Below, in pieces: positions 26,770 through 32,000 of a stretch of 32,000 nucleotides of DNA. The notes under the pieces were generated by a model. It was not told where the DNA came from. It saw nothing but the letters and a program-made list of their open reading frames with translations, and ran no database searches. Source of the DNA: Candidatus Nitrosopumilus koreensis AR1 (lineage in GTDB: Archaea > Thermoproteota > Nitrososphaeria > Nitrososphaerales > Nitrosopumilaceae). Where the stretch lies: NCBI RefSeq assembly GCF_000299365.1, contig NC_018655.1:1080001-1112000 (forward strand), in the 5' to 3' direction. How positions within the stretch are numbered: the first letter of the stretch is position 1; every line of letters starts with the position of its first letter. A program made the translations under genes and the position numbers.

Positions 26770-28025
26770 TCTAGTCCTTTTTTGCCAATATCTTTTCTGC
26801 AAAATTTGTGTGGCCAAGATATTTTATCACATGCAAGGTATGCATTTGTAATTGCAGATTCTAAAGAGTCACCTAAAGCAGTAACCCCCAAAACTCTACC
26901 CCCATTTGAAAGAATTTTTCCATCATCTTCTTTTGTTCCAGCATGAAAGACATATGCATTATCAGGAATTAAGTCAAATCCTACAATCTCTTCATTTTTT
27001 GGATAAGATTCAGGATAGCCTTCAGAAGCTAAAACAACACATACTGCGTATTGATTTTTCCAAGATATAGGTGGTAATGAAGATAACTCACCATTTGCAC
27101 TTGCAACAAAATAATCATACAAATCAAAATCCATCCTCATTGTAATTGGTTGACATTCAGGATCACCCATTCGCACATTATATTCTAAAACATATGGTTC
27201 TCCATCTTTTAACATAATTCCTGCGTAAAGAAATCCTTTGAAAACTATACCCTCCTTTTTCATAGATTGAATGGTTTTGTCAATAATTTTTTCTTGTATT
27301 CTTTTTGCAAGATTTTCATCTATTATTGGTGTAGGAGAGTATGCTCCCATCCCTCCAGTGTTAGGACCTTTATCATCATCAAAAATTCTCTTATGATCTT
27401 GACTGGAAGCCATAGGAATGGCAACATTTCCATCTGATAGTGCAATGTATGATGCCTCAATGCCATCAATTCGTTCTTCTATTATGATTCGATTTCCAGC
27501 ATCTCCAAATGTTTTTTTGATTAGAATTGTCTGGATTGCAGAAATTGCCTCATCAGAACTATTACAAACAATAACACCCTTGCCTGCAGCCAGGCCATCT
27601 GCTTTGACTACGACATTATAGTCAAGGGATTTTACATATTCTTGGGCTTTTTGAGCATCATCAAAGATTTCAAATCTAGCAGTTGGAATGTCATTTCTTT
27701 TCATGAAGTTTTTTGCCCAAATTTTACTTGATTCAAGTTGGGCAGCATCTTTTGATGGACCAAAAATTTTGAGATTTTTTTCATTGAATTTATCAACAAT
27801 CCCCATAGCCAAAGGGGCTTCAGGCCCAACTACGGTAAAACAATTATTTTTTTCAGCAAAATCTGCAAGGCCATCTAGATCATCAACTGGAATAGACACA
27901 TTGTTTTTTGTCCCACCGTTTCCAGGAGCAGTAAACACAGTATCAACATTTGAGCTCTGAGACAATTTCCAAGATAATGCGTGTTCTCTTCCTCCAGAAC
28001 CAATCACCAGTACATTGACCAACAC
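26760..28025 (-). CDS. purD: phosphoribosylamine--glycine ligase
   Basis: It has a GTG start and reads VLVIGSGGREHALSWKL, with an ATP-grasp core and GPNTGGMGAYSP. Confidence 0.95.
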   Translation of the reverse strand: MLVNVLVIGSGGREHALSWKLSQSSNVDTVFTAPGNGGTKNNVSIPVDDLDGLADFAEKNNCFTVVGPEAPLAMGIVDKFNEKNLKIFGPSKDAAQLESSKIWAKNFMKRNDIPTARFEIFDDAQKAQEYVKSLDYNVVVKADGLAAGKGVIVCNSSDEAISAIQTILIKKTFGDAGNRIIIEERIDGIEASYIALSDGNVAIPMASSQDHKRIFDDDKGPNTGGMGAYSPTPIIDENLAKRIQEKIIDKTIQSMKKEGIVFKGFLYAGIMLKDGEPYVLEYNVRMGDPECQPITMRMDFDLYDYFVASANGELSSLPPISWKNQYAVCVVLASEGYPESYPKNEEIVGFDLIPDNAYVFHAGTKEDDGKILSNGGRVLGVTALGDSLESAITNAYLACDKISWPHKFCRKDIGKKGLDYL

Positions 28026-28108
28026 AAATTATTTTTTGCTCAATTATATAATCCAAGTCTCACAAAACCAATTTAGCTTTATAATGCCACAGATCTACCA
28101 AAAGCCAG

Positions 28109-31100
28109 ATGGAATTATCCACAAAGTTTGATGCAAAAGCAATTGAATCACAGATTAGAGAATATACAGAATCAATTGATTTAGAAAAGCAGATTTTTGC
28201 ATCAGACAAACCTGAAAAAATTAGATTCATTGAAGGCCCTCCAACAATGAATGGAATTCCACATGCAGGACATCTCAGAGGAAGAGTCATCAAAGATTTG
28301 TGGTACAGATACAATACACTACAAGGAAAGAAAATAGAATTTAACGGAGGATGGGACACTCAAGGACTTCCTGTAGAATTACAGGTGGAAAAAGAGTTAG
28401 GAGTAACAGGTGGAAAAACAGAGGCAATAAAGCAATTTGGCATAGAACGAATTGTGTCAGAATGTAAGAAAGTTGTCCAAAAATATAACAAGACATGGGT
28501 GGAAGTTGATAAATTACTTGGAATGTCATTTAATCATGAAAAGGCATATTGGACTTTTCGAGATGAATTCATTGAAAGGGAATGGCAAATACTAAAGAAA
28601 GCACATGAAAATGGAATCTTAGAAGAAGACTTTACAGTAATTGCATATTGTCCAAGTTGTCAAACGTCACTTAGTCATGCAGAGGTCAATCAAGGATATG
28701 AAGAAGTGAAGGATCCGTCATTATACTATAAAGTAAAACTGGTTGATGAAGACGCGTTTTTGATTGTATGGACTACAATGCCATTTACACTAGTTACTGA
28801 TGCAATGGTGGGATTGCAACCAGAAGAAGATTACGTGTATGTCAAAGCAGAAAATGAAACATGGGTGGTTGGAAAAACAAGATTAGAAGAATTCATGGCA
28901 GAAGTGAAAATTGAAAATTATAAAATTGAGAAAACAGCCAAAGGTTCAGAATTTGAAGGTAAAAAATACATTCATCCATTATTAGATTCAATTCCTGAAT
29001 TAAATGAATGCTCAAAAGAAGATAATTTCCATGTGGCAGTATCAGAATCATTTGTAGATGCAAGTACTGGAAGCGGTCTTGTGCACCTCTCTCCTGCAAA
29101 CGGTGAAGAAGACATCAAAATTGCCAATAAAAGAAAAGTCAAAATTTTCAGCCCCATTGATGATGAAGTAAAGTTCACATCACAAGCAGGAAAATATCAA
29201 GGAATGTTTGTCAGAGATGCAGACAGACTAATTGTAGAAGATCTAAAGGATTGTGATGCCCTAGTAAAAATTGGGAAAATTAAGCACAAATATCCACTGT
29301 GTTGGAGATCACACCATCCAATTGTATGGCTTGCCAGAAAGGGGTGGTTTTACAAATTAGACAGATTAGATAACAAGGCAATTGATGCAGCTGAAAGCGT
29401 GGAATATTTTTTTGAGCAACCTAAAAACAGATTTTTGGGAATCATCAAAGAAAGACATCCTTGGTGTATTTCAAGAGAGAGAATTTGGGGGTGTCCATTA
29501 CCAGTATGGACATGTGAAGAATGTAATGAAAGAAATTGGTTTTTTACAAGAAAAGAGATTGTAGAATCTGCAGATAATCTTCCTGATGGTCCAGACTTTG
29601 AACTACACAGACCATGGATTGACAACATTACAATAAAATGCAAAAAGTGTGGAAGTACAAAAACAAAAAGAGAAGAGTATGTCTTAGATACTTGGCACAA
29701 CAGCGGCTCTGCGCCATATTCATCGTTAACTGATGAAGAATATTCCAAAGAAATTCCAGCTCCGTTTTTTACTGAGGGGATTGATCAGACCAGAGGATGG
29801 GCATACACTCTACTTATTGAAAATGTAATCTTAAACAACGGACCTACCCCACCATACAAGTCATTTTTGTTCCAAGGACACGTGCTTGATGAGAAAGGAG
29901 GAAAGATGAGTAAAAGTAAAGGAAATGTTTTGGAAGGAATGGAACTTTTGCAGAAGTACCCTGCAGATTTAATCCGATTTTATTTCATGTGGAAAGCAAG
30001 CCCAATTGAACCGCTAAGTTTCAGCACAGATGAGTTAATGTCAAGACCATATCAAGTAATTAACACACTGTTCAATTTGCATTTGTACTTTAAACAAAAT
30101 AGTCAGTACGATAATTTTGAAAAATCAAACACTGTAGAATGGGCAAAACAAAACGACTTGCTAACATCACCAGATATTTGGTTATTATCAAAACTTCAAA
30201 AATTGATTCTCAAAATCACAGATAAAAATAATTCATGTAGATTCCATGAGAGTGCAAAAGCAATTGATGATTTCATCATAAACAATCTCAGTCAAATCTA
30301 CATTCCAATCACACGGGGGGAATTATGGGATGAAGATGAGGAGAAAAAAGACAGAAGGCTTGCAATTTATGCAGTACTGGAAAAAGTTCTAAAAATATTA
30401 GATATTTTGATTCACCCATTTTGTCCATTTACGAGTGAATACTTGTATCAAACGGTTTTTGATGGAAAACAAAGCATACTACTTGACAAATGGCCAGAAG
30501 CCCAAGAATCACTTGTCAACGAAGAAATTGAAGAATCATTTGACATTATGAAAGACGTAGTGTCTGTTTCATCAGCTGCAAGAATGAAAGGTAAACTGAA
30601 ACGAAGATGGCCATTAAATGAAGCAAGAATTTGTGTTAAGAAGGGTCAAAAAGCCAAGCTAGAATCATTATCAGAGTTATTGCAATCTCAATTAAACGTA
30701 GAAAAATTCAGCATAGTTGAAACAGAAAAAGAATTAGGATTGGAACAAATTTTAGAACTAAAGGAATTAGGATTACCTGTAAAACCAATTATCGAATTAG
30801 AAAGAAAAAGAATCGGTCCCAAAGCGAAACAACACATGGGAAAACTTGTAACAAAGTTTTCTGAAACAGATCCTGAAGAAATAATATCATCATTACAAAA
30901 AGATTCAAAATTTAATTTTGACATAGATGGAGAAACTATTTCACTGGAAAGTGAAGATTTTGTTGTAGATTTTGATACATCAGAAAACTTTGCAGTATCA
31001 AAGAGAGATGATTATGTAGTGTTTATTTCTACTTTAAGAAACAAAGAGATGATGGCAAGAGGATTAATCAAAGATGTTGCAAGAAGACTTCAAACTCTAA

Positions 31101-31306
31101 GAAAAGAAAGAGGATACAATCCAACTGATGTTTTAGGGGTTGCGTCAATTCTTGATCTAGATGAAGAATCACTTGGGATGATAAAAGAAAAATCAGATGA
31201 TCTGGCGTTTTTGGTCAGAGTAAAACAAGTAAACTTTACAGAATCATGTAAAGAATACAAAGACGACGATATTGATGGTCAGAAAATTAGGATTTCAGTA
31301 GAATAG
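28109..31306 (+). CDS. ileS: isoleucine--tRNA ligase (archaeal type)
   Basis: 1065 aa. It has a class-I HIGH-type motif (PPTMNGIPHAGHLRG), KMSKS, an editing-domain insertion and zinc-finger CxxC pairs. Confidence 0.95.
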   Translation: MELSTKFDAKAIESQIREYTESIDLEKQIFASDKPEKIRFIEGPPTMNGIPHAGHLRGRVIKDLWYRYNTLQGKKIEFNGGWDTQGLPVELQVEKELGVTGGKTEAIKQFGIERIVSECKKVVQKYNKTWVEVDKLLGMSFNHEKAYWTFRDEFIEREWQILKKAHENGILEEDFTVIAYCPSCQTSLSHAEVNQGYEEVKDPSLYYKVKLVDEDAFLIVWTTMPFTLVTDAMVGLQPEEDYVYVKAENETWVVGKTRLEEFMAEVKIENYKIEKTAKGSEFEGKKYIHPLLDSIPELNECSKEDNFHVAVSESFVDASTGSGLVHLSPANGEEDIKIANKRKVKIFSPIDDEVKFTSQAGKYQGMFVRDADRLIVEDLKDCDALVKIGKIKHKYPLCWRSHHPIVWLARKGWFYKLDRLDNKAIDAAESVEYFFEQPKNRFLGIIKERHPWCISRERIWGCPLPVWTCEECNERNWFFTRKEIVESADNLPDGPDFELHRPWIDNITIKCKKCGSTKTKREEYVLDTWHNSGSAPYSSLTDEEYSKEIPAPFFTEGIDQTRGWAYTLLIENVILNNGPTPPYKSFLFQGHVLDEKGGKMSKSKGNVLEGMELLQKYPADLIRFYFMWKASPIEPLSFSTDELMSRPYQVINTLFNLHLYFKQNSQYDNFEKSNTVEWAKQNDLLTSPDIWLLSKLQKLILKITDKNNSCRFHESAKAIDDFIINNLSQIYIPITRGELWDEDEEKKDRRLAIYAVLEKVLKILDILIHPFCPFTSEYLYQTVFDGKQSILLDKWPEAQESLVNEEIEESFDIMKDVVSVSSAARMKGKLKRRWPLNEARICVKKGQKAKLESLSELLQSQLNVEKFSIVETEKELGLEQILELKELGLPVKPIIELERKRIGPKAKQHMGKLVTKFSETDPEEIISSLQKDSKFNFDIDGETISLESEDFVVDFDTSENFAVSKRDDYVVFISTLRNKEMMARGLIKDVARRLQTLRKERGYNPTDVLGVASILDLDEESLGMIKEKSDDLAFLVRVKQVNFTESCKEYKDDDIDGQKIRISVE

Positions 31307-31346
31307 TTTTTAAAAAAAATACGAGTGCAGTGCAAACTCACTTTTT
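31307..31346 (+). terminator. possible ileS terminator: T5 immediately after the stop, then an imperfect hairpin followed by T5
   Basis: A ttttt run at 31307-31311 follows the TAG stop. The hairpin gagtgca-g-tgcaaactc (31323-31339, bulged) is followed by ttttt at 31342-31346. Archaeal termination typically uses oligo-T tracts. Confidence 0.3.
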
Positions 31347-31376
31347 ATTAATCAAAATGGGAAATAAATCACATCG

Positions 31377-31427
31377 CAGAAGAGATTGGGTTCAGATCCC
31401 CTACCAGTGTTTTCTCAATCTCTTCTG
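31377..31427. repeat. perfect 12-bp inverted repeat with a 27-nt spacer
   Basis: The arms are cagaagagattg (31377-31388) and caatctcttctg (31416-31427). They lie in the ileS-DPSL intergenic region, just upstream of the DPSL TATA box. Confidence 0.7.
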
Positions 31428-31443
31428 AGTGATTTAATGTAAT

Positions 31444-31453
31444 ATTTTTATTA
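31444..31453 (+). promoter_or_regulatory. TATA-box-like element of the DPSL gene
   Basis: The element atttttatta is centred about 26 nt upstream of the ATG at 31475. Confidence 0.35.
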
Positions 31454-31474
31454 CAATCATACTGACGTAAGGAA

Positions 31475-32000
31475 ATGTCCGAATCAAAGGCACCAAATGT
31501 TGTTGGAATTAATGTTCTAAAACAAAACGGTCTTGATGTGGATGAATTGGTAAAAGAACTGATAAAAAATGCAGCAGTGGAATTTACTGCATACTACTAT
31601 TTTACCAATCTCAGAGCACATTGTACAGGCTTGGAAGGAGAGGGACTAAAAGGAATTATCGAAGATGCAAGGCTAGAAGATCTTAGCCATTTTGAGTCAT
31701 GCATTGAGAGAATATACCAGCTAGGAGGTTCACTTCCAAATGATGCAACAGAATTTATCAAAATTTCTGGTTGTGAGTTTTTACAACTTCCAGCAAATCC
31801 AACAGATCACAAAGCAATTCTAGAAAAATGTCTCAAAGCAGAACAAGGAGCAATTGTAAACTGGGATAAAATTTGCAAAATGACACTAGGCAAAGATCCT
31901 GCAACATACGATATTGCAAAAGATATTCTAGCTGAAGAGATCGAACATGAGTCTTGGTTCTTAGAGTTAATTTACGGAAGACCATCAGGACACATGAGAA
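31475..32000 (+). CDS. Dps-like ferritin-superfamily antioxidant protein (DPSL type), partial (runs off window)
   Basis: Hand translation gives MSESKAPNVVGINVLKQNGLDVDELVKELIKNAAVEFTAYYYFTNLRAHCTGLEGEGLKGIIEDARLEDLSHFE...AEEIEHESWFLELIYGRPSGH. This closely resembles my recollection of Sulfolobus DPSL. Confidence 0.85.
   Translation, partial: MSESKAPNVVGINVLKQNGLDVDELVKELIKNAAVEFTAYYYFTNLRAHCTGLEGEGLKGIIEDARLEDLSHFESCIERIYQLGGSLPNDATEFIKISGCEFLQLPANPTDHKAILEKCLKAEQGAIVNWDKICKMTLGKDPATYDIAKDILAEEIEHESWFLELIYGRPSGHMR

Noticed and set aside
31388-31406. The tRNA-like T-arm sequence gggttcagatcccctacca suggested a tRNA gene or fragment.
   Set aside because: No complementary acceptor 5' strand, D-arm or anticodon arm can be drawn from the flanking sequence. 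The T-stem would be only 3 bp.
1-32000. I looked for a mobile element, genomic island or defence system anywhere in the window.
   Set aside because: I found no integrase, transposase, recombinase, toxin-antitoxin, restriction-modification or cas-like ORFs. I also found no flanking direct repeats or tRNA targets. The content is housekeeping metabolism, repair and cell division.

Overview
The window looks like a chromosomal core region of an AT-rich marine ammonia-oxidising thaumarchaeon (Nitrosopumilus-like). Evidence for that assignment:
- Vps4-type CdvC
- a membrane-anchored blue-copper (cupredoxin) protein
- a DPSL-type ferritin-like protein
- F420/LLM-type and PNPOx-type oxidoreductases
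- TATA boxes about 25 nt upstream of start codons (leaderless style)
- a gene order that, from unverified memory, resembles N. maritimus around Nmar_1088 to Nmar_1110

Gene content, left to right:
- carB (partial) and carA
- cdvC preceded by two translationally coupled unknown helical proteins
- a TrmB-family regulator, RidA, small zinc-ribbon ORFs and a PPOX-like protein
- a DHH/DHHA1 phosphoesterase and citrate synthase
- small unknown ORFs and the cupredoxin
- a tight bacterial-type uvrB-uvrA-uvrC operon
- a PNPOx-family protein and a cluster of small charged ORFs
- an LLM oxidoreductase, an Fe-type alcohol dehydrogenase and a DUF4147/MOFRL glycerate kinase
- a beta-CASP/MBL hydrolase
- a folate/purine cluster (purN, folD, 5-formyl-THF cyclo-ligase, purD) with cupin and ABM genes inserted
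- ileS and a partial DPSL gene

I found no rRNA, tRNA, CRISPR array, transposase or integrase.

Most notable observations:
1. uvrA, uvrB and the glycerate kinase are each split by a frameshift that adding one A to a coding-strand A5-A7 run would repair.
2. The DHH gene has lost any canonical start. Its 5' region is a frame-scrambled tandem 27/28-nt poly-A/T repeat that would encode KKTTAKKTP units.
3. Two unknown coiled-coil proteins are coupled to cdvC. They are candidate ESCRT-III-like partners.
4. A 44-codon Cys-rich small ORF is missed by the 60-aa ORF track.

Many ORF-track starts are TTG or GTG. In at least two cases a nearby ATG fits the TATA spacing better (10372 and 21431).

All functional calls come from motif recognition by eye; no searches were run.
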